This document shows positions 13,640 through 26,349 of a DNA stretch of 64,000 bases, in pieces. Both the position numbers and the translations under genes were made by a program. Positions within the stretch are counted from its first letter, which is position 1. The number at the start of each line of letters is the position of its first letter. Origin of the DNA: Octopus vulgaris (Eukaryota); the NCBI GenBank assembly GCA_951406725.2, contig OX597823.1, positions 69,378,001-69,442,000 of the forward strand. Direction: 5' to 3'. The notes beneath the pieces were generated by a model. The model did no database searches, had not been told where the DNA came from, and worked only from the letters and a program-made list of their open reading frames with translations.

Positions 13640-13860
13640 TAGGGCAGCGCGCTGGCAGAATCGTTAGCACGTCAGGCGAAGTGCTTAGCGATATTTCGTC
13701 TGTCTTTATGTTCTGAGTTCAAATTTTGCCGAGATCGACTTTGCCTTTCATCTTTTCGGGGTCGATTAAATAAGTACCAGTTACGCACTGGGGTCAATGT
13801 AATCGACTTAATCCCTTTCTCTGTCCTTGTTTGTCCCCTCTATGGGCAATAAGGAAATAA
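13640..13860 (+). mobile_element. tRNA-derived SINE with Tx1-like tail
   Basis: gctggcagaatcgttagcac..ttctgagttcaaatt..gtttgtcccctctatgggcaataagg. Confidence 0.85.
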
Positions 13861-13953
13861 ATAATAATGATGATGATGATGATGATTTCATTTATTTGCC
13901 ACAAGGGCGAAAGATGAGGGGACAACAGGAAGATAGTCATAAAGAGTGAGGGT

Positions 13954-14006
<53 letters not shown>

Positions 14007-14474
14007 TACTATTATTATTATTATTATTATTATTATATACAATAAATCAACCATCATCAGGAATTAATTAAAGTATAATTGGCAAAAACTAAAATTATAA
14101 CGGAAAACTAATGGTATGGATAAGGAAGGACAGTAGAAAAGCAAAGTGGAAAAGGAAGAAGAGAAATGAACTGAAGACAATGATGGTGATAGTGATGATG
14201 AAATGATTATGGGGATTACAGCAAGGATGGTTAAGTGTAATTATGCAAATAATTAGCATAATGATGATGGCAATAATAATTATGGTATTTTTATTTCATA
14301 TAAAATTTTTATGACAGAAAAAAATAAAGAGTGGTTTCTATGAATATATCATAGGATCTCTGGCTATGGGGTGAGGAAGAAAAGGAACAAATGACATTGG
14401 TCTTCTTCAAGCAGGGGACCGATCCCGAATATTTGCAAGAGAATACGTGGTGTTGTTAAGCAGAAAGACAGATT

Positions 14475-14703
14475 GATGATGATGATGATGATGATGATGA
14501 TGACGATGATGATGGTGCTGGTTGTGATGCTGAGGATGATGATGAGGACGATGACGATGATGATGAGGAGGAGGAGGACGTTTATGATGATGATGATGAT
14601 GATGATGAGGACGATGATGATTATATGATGATGATGGTGATGATGATGAGGACGATGATGAGGATGATGGTGATGAGGATGATGGTGATAATGATAATGA
14701 TGA

Positions 14704-14752
<49 letters not shown>

Positions 14753-14885
14753 GGTGGTGGTGCTGAGGATGATGATGATGATGGTGACGATGATGATGAT
14801 GATAGTTGTGAGGATGATGGTGATGATGATGATAATGATATTGGTTATCGTGGATTTGTCAGTGGTGGCAGCGGTGGCGGTGATA
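14475..14885. repeat. Degenerate (GAT)n/(GGT)n trinucleotide tract
   Basis: Read directly. Confidence 0.95.
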
Positions 14886-15780
14886 GACTTCGTGCCTAGT
14901 AAGCACTAACATTTGGAACGTTTGCATTACTGAAAATGTCGGCGATGGCGGAGATGATGCTCATGTTTGTGGTGATTGCTGTGGTTTTGGAAGGTGTCAG
15001 GGTTATTAATGATAATGACACCTACCGCAGTTGTTTGTGGGGATGTAGAAAGTGATTATGGTGACGTTGTTGGGGCTAAATTATAACCAGCATCAAACGT
15101 AAGATGTCGAAAGAATAATGTAAAAGAAAACATTTCTAGAATCGTCTTTGAAATGTGTTTGCTTGTGGGTGTCCCTGCTTGTGTGTAGGTGTGTAAAGTG
15201 TGAGAAGAAGATATTGAAGAGGATGACGTGTGAGATAAAGATCAAAGAGAATGAGCGAGAATGAGTTATAGACGAAGAGATGGAGAATGAGATACAGAGA
15301 TCGGCAGAGGAACTGAAGAGGTAGAGATGGCATGAGTGAGATTGAACGAGAAAGACTGGGAGATAAAGAATTATGGATGCAGTAATTAAGATAGGGAATG
15401 AGTGAACAATGAAAATAATAACAAAAAGCAAAAAAATATATATAAAAATAGATAAATGAAAGGAGATAGAAAAAGAGAAATGAAGAGATAGTTTTGCAGA
15501 GAAATATAAAAGAAGAGAATGCGAAATAGCGGAAATAAGTGTAGCATTAAGAGGAAGAGAATAAGTGAAAGATGAGAGTAGGAATGATAGAGTTGACCGA
15601 AGAGAAAATAATGATTTCTTTCAGAAATAATACAAAATATGAGGTGAAATTACAAAAAAGAGCAGAGACAAGCAGAGAAAAATAGATGGAAAGATATAAT
15701 TAAAAAATCGCATAAGAGAAGTTACGTGCTGCAGTGATTGATAGGTGGCAGACAGTCAGGCAGGCAGACATACGCATAGT

Positions 15781-15838
<58 letters not shown>

Positions 15839-16038
15839 AAAAAAACATGGCGCAGAAATATACTGAAATTAATAGGGAATGAGAGAGAGAGAGAGAGAAA
15901 ACAAGGCGCAGAAATATACTGAAATTAATAGGGAATGAGAGAGAGAGAGAGTAAGTGGTATTTACTGAAAAAGAAGGTGAACGAGAGGGTCTTTCCTTGA
16001 TGTCTTTTCGTTCCATTAATAACGGACAGAGGATTAGG

Positions 16039-16079
16039 GAGTAACAGCTGTCATGTTCTAAGCATGACAGCTGTTACTC
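16039..16079. repeat. Perfect 17-bp inverted repeat (hairpin)
   Basis: gagtaacagctgtcatg ttctaag catgacagctgttactc. Confidence 0.9.
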
Positions 16080-17073
16080 TCGATACATTCGACAGGGTTC
16101 CTAAGTCATATTAAACTTATTGATGCTGTTCTTGTTGTTTTCGATATGGTTTCCTTTCTAATAAAGATAATATGTGACTTAAAACAGAGACTAGGGAAAC
16201 TGATAAGAAAAAATAAAACAATAGATAATATATCATGCACTTTTTGCTAGTTTCTTTTTATATGATATTTTAAGGGAATATATCAGATGGCGAAAATTAA
16301 GACGTATATCATTTGCTTATTAAAATTTCTTGTGATTCGTTATTTGATCCCTAAGGTATTTCTTACATTAGGATATTTTTGAGAGCCACAAATCAAGAAT
16401 ACCGATAAGTCTTTTGTATTTCTGTAAGAGAGGAGATTTATTCCATTAATTCGTTTGCTGAGATTAATGAGATGTGAATGGATGAAAGAATTTCAATTCC
16501 TCTTGTGAGAATATGTTTTGTGTAAATTTTAAGAAAGACTGGCGCTGTATTTCACAAGAAAATAATAAATGATATAGTGGAAGAGTCATACCTCTGTTTT
16601 TCAAACGAAGTGAAGTGGTTACATATGTCTTTGGGAAGATAGTGGGAAGCATCTCTGGCAGATATGTCAGAGATCCTTCAGACGTGTCTAGGATGCATAC
16701 CTCATCGATCAAAGCACGATGTACAGAAAAATATGTCTGGTCTTTATGACCTAGAATCAGGTGTGGATAGATGCAGAAGTGGAGAGGTACGTTATCATGG
16801 ATTTCTGATTCACTATATGATTTTCAAGAATAAGGAGATCAGATTCAGAGATATTAGCAGGGAGGTGAATATTTGGTTTTGTCATCAGATTAGTGCAACA
16901 GTTCGAGCATGAGTTGAGCATAAAGGATACCGATGATGATACACACACATAATACATATGTCAATATACACATATAATACATTAGACAGACAGACAGACA
17001 TACAGACACACAGATAGATAGATACAGAGAGAGAGAGAGAGAGATGCATGATAATGCAAAATAACTACATAAA

Positions 17074-17919
17074 CAAGGTCTTTTCAGAAGTTTTGAGACT
17101 TTTTTTTTAGGAGAGGTAATTATAACTGTCCTAAACTATTGAAGTTATTGTAATTTTAGTATGTCATTACTATACTTTTAATAAGCTGGCACCGCATACT
17201 TTTGTTATTCCAGATCGAAGAAATTGGCTGTTACAGCACTTTGAACACAATATGTAAGCTGACAAGTTTGCAGAAGGCAGTCAAAAGGTGACGATAATTT
17301 TGAAGCTCGCTTCAAAAGGTTCGTGTTAAACTGAGTAAACGCTACAGAAACATAGGATGAGTTCCAGACTGCTTATGGATTTATTATAACAGCCTTAGCA
17401 TCTGGTTTTCGCTGGAACAAGAAGCTAGACAAAACAAGTTCACAGGGAAATTCATGATGATCCCTTAGGACATCATCTACATCTACTGGGTTCCCACTGG
17501 CCAGAAGGCCAACTAATACTACTTTGTGGAGGTTTTGAGAATCATTTTGTCGCAAAAAGGCCAGAGCATCTGCACCACGACAATGAAACAGTCTACAATT
17601 TCATCCTGGTAACCAACGACTTGACAGAGATGAGCATCCATAATGTCCTTCACTCCACCACCCCTACAGTCCAGACTTTACTCTTTGCGATTTTTGGTTG
17701 TTACCTAAACTGAAGAAAGATGAAGGAGGCTGTGACAAAGGTCGTGGACACTTTCAGTTCGATGGACGTCCATAGGGCCTTCACGAAGTGGCTGGACCGC
17801 TGCAACATGTGCATTGAATTTAGGAGATCCTACTTTGAAGGTGATTATAGTTTTGTAGTTCTTTGATATTAATAAAAATCTCTCCTGAAAGAATCTAAAA
17901 ACGTCTGAAATATACCCTG
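17074..17919 (+). mobile_element. Degraded mariner with degenerate TIRs
   Basis: Ends caaggtcttttcagaagttttgagac / aatctaaaaacgtctgaaatataccctg|ta; remnants LHHDN and HHPYSPDFTLCDFWLLPKLKK. Confidence 0.8.
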
Positions 17920-18759
17920 TATACATATATGTGGGTGTGTTTGTGCGTGCGGTGCGATATCAGAGGAAAAGAGAAACGTAAAACTCGAATCAAAGGAGGA
18001 TGATTGCGATGTTTGTTCTGCGTTGCGTTACAGACACTCGTTTCCCACTGTTCGACATCGTAAATGCAGTGAACCAGTAACTGGCCTGTCGGAGATCTGT
18101 AACCAACGACTATGTTATTCACTAGTTGCAATGGATTATAAATACAATTACCAAATAACACCTGCCGACTTTTGTTTCACTGGTTGAACTCACTTCAAAT
18201 AAACTTCAGAAACCTTCAGGACAAAACTGAAAATATCACAACCTATTTATTTGAGAAGAAACAAGTAAATTTTTTCTTCATTTTTTTATTTAAGATATCT
18301 AAAAGTCATAAAATAGAATAGAAAATTTTCTAGTATAAAATAAAAGTGATAACATTACTTATTAAATTATATGAAAGATTATTTATGAATTTAATATATA
18401 TTGTTTTTATTTTATTTTCTGTCTGAAGAAAATAATCTTTTACATGTCAGTCTATTGCGAGTGGAATTGAATCTGAGCCAAATGAAGTTCTTTGGAAGAG
18501 AAAAGTAAAATCAATATATAAAAATATAGAATGTAATATGAATAAATAAATAAATAAATAAATAAATAACACGTGTGCTTACTTTTACTTTTACTTTCTC
18601 TGTCTTGACAATGAGCTTCGAAAACATTTAATTTTGCTTTTTGAGATAAAGGAAATATCTTTGAACATCTCCAGCAACTACAGCAGTGAAAAACATCCAT
18701 ACGTAAAAATGCAGAGACTGACATAGACACAAACATACAGACACATTCACACATATATG

Positions 18760-18800
<41 letters not shown>

Positions 18801-19636
18801 CATCAAATGTGTATATTTTATGATACGCTTTTCATAGAAAATTTTTGGAATCAAATAATATAAGGTTATAATATAGCATTGCAAAGATATTCTTAAAAAG
18901 TGTTAAGCTTATATTCTTCAGTAAATCTTACAATGTAAATGTTTTAAATTCGAAATATTTTCTCGATGAATCTCATTGCCAACACGAAACTATATTTTAA
19001 ATTTATGTCAATGCCCTTGTTATGCGGATCAATGTTATACCATAATTAATAATTTTATGCTTCTGAATATTTGTAACACAGATACATGTGGCATCTGTTA
19101 GAAACAGATGCGCTAACAGGTTATCAGAAGAATTTCAGAAAACTTTAATCAACTAGATGCTTTCTTTGTATATTCCAAACTATATGCTACACAAAGAGAG
19201 AAAAGTGGGGTATATATATATATATATATATATATATTGAAAAAGAGAGAGGGGAGGGAGGCAAGAGAAAGAGAGGGAGATAGTAGGAGGCGAGAGAGAG
19301 AGACGGAGACAGAGAGGGTGAGAAAGAAAGAGGGAAAAGAGATGAGAAATTATGTTTGTGAATGCAATTGTATGCCTGTGTATTTGTGTATCTATGTGGA
19401 AAAGAGTAAACTATAAGATTTGTTCCACATTTTGTACTAAACACCTCGGAGCATTGACCAATTATGTTACTGGAACTCATGAGAGATACGAGTGATTAAC
19501 ATTCCCGCTTTTTATTAATTCTTATTTGGCTCGTTTATATTTAATATTTACACTTCTTTGCTTCTATACAAAATTGTTACATGACCAATTCACTTTTAAT
19601 TATCAATTCATTATATGTATATACATAATACATACA

Positions 19637-19710
<74 letters not shown>

Positions 19711-19919
19711 TACTTATGTGCACACATATATATCTACATGTATGTATGTATATACATGCTGACACGCTCACACATAAACAGGCGGGCTGAGGACAGTAAC
19801 ATGCAATTTAATGCCGGAAATTTTATAAACGTATGCTCTCTCTGTCTCTGTCTGTCTGTCCCTATATATATTATATCTATGCGCGCGCGCACTCGCGTGT
19901 GTGTGTGTATGTATGTGTG

Positions 19920-19962
<43 letters not shown>

Positions 19963-19974
19963 CAAATTTGCAGA

Positions 19975-20110
19975 AAACAAAAGACGAAGAGAGGTGAAGG
20001 AACAATATACATGTGTATTAGTTTAATGCTCGCGTAGAATGGAAAAGTATTTGATGTTTCGAGCCTACGCTCTTCGACAGAAAGGATTAAGAGATCAAAA
20101 AGAAAAAAGA
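19975..20110 (-). mobile_element. Probable Penelope-type terminal repeat with degenerate minimal hammerhead motif
   Basis: Minus strand CTGTCGAA gagc gtag gctc GAAAC ATC at 20053-20080. Confidence 0.5.
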
Positions 20111-20954
20111 GAAAGAACGCAAAAAAACGGTCTGAGGAAATATGTGTAGGGATAAACGGTCATATATGTATATATAGATGTATATATAGCGAGAGAGAGA
20201 AAGAAAGAAATTGGGTGATAGATACAAAGAACAAATACCTGTATATACATTTTATTGAGACAGGACATAAACGGTGAATCTTCGTCAAGCAAACAACATT
20301 TTGGTAAAAGTCCAATCAACAATGTATGGCTGAAAAGGAATGAAGAAACTGATGAGAGAAGTAATCTATAGGTGTGCGACAAATCCTATTTTGAATGATA
20401 GTGATGATTCCGGGATGAAGGATCTAAGATCCTTAAGAAGGAACTCCCAGCACGCGGGCATTCTCTTCTGATGAATTCTGAAATCTATTGGCATCCGGTA
20501 TGCGGAATCTTCAATTGAGGGCGCTTCCATAAGCAAGTTGTTAGAAAGTCTGTGAGAGTGCGTTTGTATGCATGTGTGTATGTGTATGCGTATGTATACG
20601 TTCGCACGTGTGTATATGTGTGTGTGTGTGTGTGTGTTTACATATATCTTGCTTTATACTTGTTTCTGTCTTTAGACGGTAGCCATGCTGGGTCGCCGCC
20701 TTGAAGAATTTTAATCGAACAAATCAAACACAGTGCTTACATTTTTTAAAGCTTGGTACTTATTGTATCGGTTTCTTATGCTGTAACGCTAAGTTACGTG
20801 GGCGTAAACACACCCAAATCAGTTCCCAAGTGGTGGCGGTTAACAGACACTGACACAAAGCCATACGCATACACATGCACACACATATAGCTTTTACCTT
20901 TTATCTTTTATCAGTTTCAGCTGGAGGGCTGCGAATATGCTGGGGCACCGCTGT

Positions 20955-22070
20955 TAGCTTTGCAACGCTTTTACTACTTGAAATCTGCTCTGGTATGAGA
21001 CATTTGGTGAATGAAGGGATTTAACGTTGCTGCTCACATTTACATTTCCTGCTGCATGAGAACAGTAGCCCAAGCATTACGAATGTAGGCCAATGCTATT
21101 TGAGGATCTTTTGCTATATCGTTTTACAGTTTGCTTTATGAAAGTTAAGAATGCAGAGTTTTCGGGAGTTTCTTATAATCTGTAGCTCCTTTTGGACCAT
21201 ACACAGTCAGCTCTATTATACTGAGATCCGAGACTAATGTCGTTGTTACTTGCACATTATGAATGAGATCTATATTGTTTGTGAAGCAGAGACCGAATAA
21301 ATTATTTACTCTGGTTGGAGAACAATTTTTTCCATGCCATGGTTGAGCAGTGACTCACCCACCGCTTGTTAGCAGTGTATTATTCCTGAGAACATGAGGC
21401 CTTTGGGCCATCCCGCATCAAGTAAGTTGAAGTCACCCACAAGGAATACACAGATGTGTTTGATCTAGTTTAGTGAGAACATCTGCTCTTGCGAGGCAGT
21501 CTCCAAACATGCTAGTGATTGGAGCTTCTGGTGTGCGATATATGATACTTATAACAATATCAATTTTCTTATATGAACAATTTGAGTGTTACGTACTGAA
21601 TTTGAATATAACAACAAAACCTGAGGCGCGAGGTCTTCACAGATGAATACAGCGATCCCACCGTGACTCATGTCTTGCCTGTCCGTCCGTAATACAACAT
21701 ATTTTGGTATGTGTACTTCTGCATCCCTTATATCAGGTCTAAGATGCATTTCTACAAGTGTTATCTACGCACGTAGCATGAGTACATGCAGTGAAGTCTT
21801 TCAGCAAAGAGACTTTTGTTTTGTTGTTGAGGAGCAACAGACCTCCAATATTCAATAGAAATATTGGTGTATCGTTTGTGCTGGTCATAGTAGTGGCCAT
21901 CCTGTATCTGCCAAAATTGGTTGTTAAGAGGAGATTTTGTCTTTGTGCTAGAGTTAATCGATGTGTAAGACATATAAATACACAGCATATCCATTTTCTT
22001 AGGTTTTTACCTACGGAATATAGAAAGTAAAAAGAGATGTTGTAATACATGCCTATTTATTCATTAGCAT
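20955..22070 (-). pseudogene. Degraded LINE AP-endonuclease region (CR1-group-like)
   Basis: LLNIGGL..HLRPDIRDAEVHIPKYVVLRTDRQDMSHGGIAVFI..FLVGDFNL..PTRVNN..LCFTN..LVSD. Confidence 0.8.
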
Positions 22071-22123
22071 AAAAGAGCCAATAGAAAAAAACATTGAAAT
22101 CAATACAAAGTAATGATGATGAT

Positions 22124-22155
<32 letters not shown>

Positions 22156-22762
22156 CGACGACGACGACGACGATGACGACGACGTGGAAGAAAAAGATAA
22201 TTAGAAGTAAGAAAATGAGAAGATTAGGTGCATCGTTTTACTACTGATGATGATGGAAATAAATTTAGTCTTAATATTCTTTGTTATATTTACACAAGGC
22301 CTGCGATTTTGTGGGGGGGGGTAAACCGATTCCATCGATCCGAGTCCTCATTGGCCCCGAAAGAATGAAAGACAAAGTTGATTTTTCTAGGCAGATATAT
22401 TACAGTGAGAAAGAAGTTTAGTTGTGTGTTTAACAGTTAATTTTATAACTTTCATAATTAAATTATAAATTTCATTTGTTCCAGGACAAACATGAGATTA
22501 GATTTTTTTCTTTAATATTTTTAATGTTTTCTTTTCTAATACAGATAAAACGTATGTTATTAAAAAACGATCTCATTATACTGCAACAACCACCAACAAC
22601 CCATCGTCGTCACCATTATCGTCAACTTCATCATCATCTGAAAACACTAATAGTTGGAGTACATGTGGTTCATTCCGAGATCTCTCTGCACATTTAGATA
22701 TATCTGTATGGTCTGCCATAGGTTTCAATCCATCCTGGCACACTCATATACACACATGTATG

Positions 22763-22816
<54 letters not shown>

Positions 22817-23003
22817 GATGAATGAATTATCCTAGTATGGATAATTCTGTTAATCGATACTTCGGTAGCAAATTCACTTCAGTAAAACACGGTTGAAGTT
22901 ACATGCCAAGGGCTAAACCCCGTGTTCGTGTGTGGAAATTTGTGTGTTTTTTTTATATGAATAAATCAAAAGAATGGAGTCGAACGAAGATTTTATCAAA
23001 ATT

Positions 23004-23098
23004 CCTTTACTTTCGACATATGTTTCGAATACTGCATATTCTTAATTCCGAAGGAATGAAGGTTGCATTATGCCGTCTTCTCATCAGAAAATACAAGG
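23004..23098 (-). ncRNA. Type I hammerhead ribozyme in the PLE 3' region
   Basis: ccttgtatttt CTGATGA gaagac..gtattc GAAAC atat GTC gaaagtaaagg; palindromic stem III ACATATGT. Confidence 0.8.
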
Positions 23099-23629
23099 AA
23101 CCTCCATCAGCCTCGAGACGAACAAAAGCTTCTTACCGTCTGCCTACATGGTTTCCACAGTGATAATGAGTATTTATTAAAAATAATCCGTTATAAGCAA
23201 TGACGTCAAAATTGGATGGAAGGAGGAAGTTATAAAAAAATAGAAAGGGGACAGTTTGTATGCTGTATGTATGGGGATTGTCGGGTGTATGTTTTGTTAA
23301 TGAGTTTGAGTGTTTGTGTGTGTGTATGAGTGTGTGTATGAGTGTGTGTATATAACTGCATCTGTGTCTATGTGTGTGTGTTTGCAAATGTATATGTGGG
23401 GGGAACAATTGTCAAATATATATAGTATTAATGTGAGAAATTTTTGTCTGTGTGTTTGATTGTGCGCATGATAGAGAGAGAGAGGGGGGAAGGTAGAGAG
23501 AAAGAGATAAACATACGCCAACTATATTTAATGTTTGATGCAACAGAATAGAGAGGAAGCATTTGTCTACGGTATTGGTTTAGACGTGAAAGTAATTATT
23601 AAAACCAAGGAGGTTATCTATATTATTTA

Positions 23630-24055
23630 TTATTTATATGAGTGGAAGGTATGTTTTTGCCAATGTTTACATCTATAGGATTTTTCTATTATTGTGTTTA
23701 CCAAGGGGAATTTGGCGAAAAGTATATAGAAGAGTTCAGAATTACAGATGCAACAATATTTCCTGCCCTTATCAAAAGGAAAGGATACAGATAATATGGA
23801 CCAATCCAGCTTGAAAGTTATATTGTTGTCCTTAAGACGCCAAACTAATTTACTTAGTCCTGTACTATGCTGTTTTCTCTTATCTCGTAAAGTTGAATAA
23901 TGGTTGGAAATTCTCTGGGACAATGGAGAAGTTGTCGCACCAATATAAAAGAAGACATCGGTACCGTAAGAAATTTTACACTGGTAAATGGAATTTTTAA
24001 TTTGGGAATTACTGGACAAGAACTCTAATCTGTTAGGGTTATCCTCCCAGATCAA
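23630..24055 (-). CDS. GIY-YIG endonuclease domain of a Penelope-like element (out of frame with the upstream linker)
   Basis: SIYQCKIS..FYIGATT..QRISNH..STGLSKLVW..DWSIL..CCICNSE..LVN..CKH. Confidence 0.85.
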   Translation of the reverse strand: MIWEDNPNRLEFLSSNSQIKNSIYQCKISYGTDVFFYIGATTSPLSQRISNHYSTLRDKRKQHSTGLSKLVWRLKDNNITFKLDWSILSVSFPFDKGRKYCCICNSELFYILFAKFPLVNTIIEKSYRCKHWQKHTFHSYK

Positions 24056-25254
24056 GACGGAGTTTTTTATTGTTATGATTACTGTTTATATTATTGCTAG
24101 CATTAACTACTAGACTATTTCTTTTATTGTTATTATTATTAATTGTACTATAACCGGCATTATCACTGATAATAGAAATGTTGTTGTTGTTGTTGCCATC
24201 AACACTACCACTGTTATTAACCCGACTAATTCTATTATTAATATTATCATTGCTAACACTAATTTTGCTACGAATGTTGGTACTATCAATACTATTTCTA
24301 TTATTATTATTGTATGTTTGGTTGGAATTGTTAAGAATAGTGTTGGAAGTCCCGGGTGAAGAATCTTTGTTTAGCAGCTTGTTATTATGGGAAGCAATAA
24401 TTTGCGATAGATTTCTAGTGTTAGAGAATGCAATTCTTACCTTATGTGAATTGATAATAGAATAATACCTAGAATTCCTGGGAAAGTTCCTAGCCACTGC
24501 TTCACGGAACTGTAAAGGAAGGTTCGATTTGATTTGTTTTCCGAAAGGTATAACAAACCAGATATAGTTTTTTTGTGGACTTAGAATTGTTCATAGTGCT
24601 ACTAGTGATAGTAAGGGGAAACTTTCTATTTCTCTTATGTATAGGGGTGCGGACGTTGTTAGAACTGAAATTATTATTACCACTATTTCTATTGTTATTA
24701 GTTTTCTTATCCTGAGAAGCATATATTGGTATATATATATACGATTTGAGAAAAGGAATTTCCAAATCAATCAGATACAAGCCTTTAGCATTACACGCAT
24801 CTGCATATCGTACAGTGGGGTCAAGATTATCATATATCTATATATTTAACTAGAAATATACAAATATATAATAGAAATCAATAATAATTCAGTTTTGGGG
24901 ATTAATAGATATGCGGGTATTCTATTTCAGACAATGCAAAAAATAACCTGAATAGTATATCCGAAATTAAACACGTGGTGTCTATTTTCACATCACGAAA
25001 TAATACCTTAAATGATATAACCAGTATATCAGCAGGGTATAAAATTTACTTCCTTAATTATCTCCTACTTAACTTAAAATTAAAGTTATCAATTATCTAT
25101 GCAAATAGATACTACGAGTTTACCTTCAGATATATTCATTAGGTTACTTTTTTTTTCCTTTGTATTATCTGAAATAGAATACCCGCATATCTATTAATCC
25201 CCAAAGCTGAATTATACATACATACATACATACATACATACATACATACATACA

Positions 25255-25310
<56 letters not shown>

Positions 25311-25313
<3 letters not shown>

Positions 25314-26162
25314 GGTTGGACAAAATAATGGAAACACCTAGCTTCATGGCATTATAATTTTGAGATATTTACAACACCATCAAAAGCTCGTTTATTTTTA
25401 TGTTTTTTGATTTGTTATTAGTGTTGCTTAATTTGTTTTGCTAATATGTTTCTTTTCAGATATCATCAGAAAAAGGTAAATGAAATTCATTAAAATGACA
25501 GATCTATTGGACTTTCAAAGAGATCAAATTGTAGGTGTTCGTATGGCAGGCGCTAGCGTAACGAAAACAGCCGAAATGTTTGGTGTATCAAGAAGTACTG
25601 TCTCAAAGTAATGACAAACTTTGAGAAAGGAGGAAAAAACCTCCTCGTCGAAACAAAACCAAAATTTTCAGATAGGGACCATCGGACTCTTACGCGAATT
25701 CTTAGGAAGGATCACAAAAGTATAGCTCACAAAATTACCGCAGAGCTCAATGACAACCCCGAGAACCCAGTTTCCACAAAAAAAAAGTTCACTAGGAGCT
25801 GCACAAAGCCGGATTTCACGTGAGGGCTGCAATCAGAAAACAACTACTTTCAAAAGCAAACGTTTAGAGTGAAGTAAAAATTGGTCCCTAAAGCAAGTGG
25901 AAGAATGTTATTTTCTCGGACGAGCTATCCTTTACCTTATGTCCGACTACCGGCCGAGTATATGTGTGGAGACAGCCAAAAGAAGCATTTGACCCAGACT
26001 GCCTTCTTCCAACTGTTAAAAATGGAGGAAGATCTGTGATGATCTGGAGCGCTATATCTTGGAAATCCGCCGGCTCAACAGTTTCTCTTCGTGGCAGAAT
26101 TAATAGTCAAGACTATTAAAGCATTTTATCTAATTCATCCTATGTTTGTGGAGCTGTTTTCC
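25311..26162 (+). mobile_element. 3'-truncated Tc1-like transposon
   Basis: TA|cagggttggacaaaataatggaaacacc end; MTDLLDFQRDQIVG..TAEMFGVSRSTVSK HTH; WKNVIFSDE..GRVYVWR..PTVKNGGRSVMIW. Confidence 0.88.
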
Positions 26163-26349
26163 ATGGGCGCATGTATTTCATTTATTTCCATTCGTATTTT
26201 CCACTGAAGAGGAAAAAATCATTGAGATTAATTCCGAAATTGATTCAATATAGAAATAACGAACTTTAAAAAAAAATCTGTTGGCTAGCTTTCCTCGATT
26301 TCGGCACAACATATTTCTGTAGTGGGTATATGATAATATTCATTTACCC

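Larger units (their letters stand above)
22813..25215 (-). mobile_element. Penelope-like element: thumb/linker, GIY-YIG endonuclease, 3' hammerhead, 5' inverted segment
   Basis: See sub-features; linker NFPRNSRYYSIINSHKVRIAFSNTRNLSQIIASHNNKLL is PLE-like; bounded by (TA)n and (TACA)n. Confidence 0.8.

Noticed and set aside
17960-18200. Unique-looking segment with an 88-aa minus-strand ORF
   Set aside because: No recognisable domain, splice signals or convincing miRNA hairpin
20468-20490. CTGATGA..GAAA on the plus strand
   Set aside because: No stems II or III
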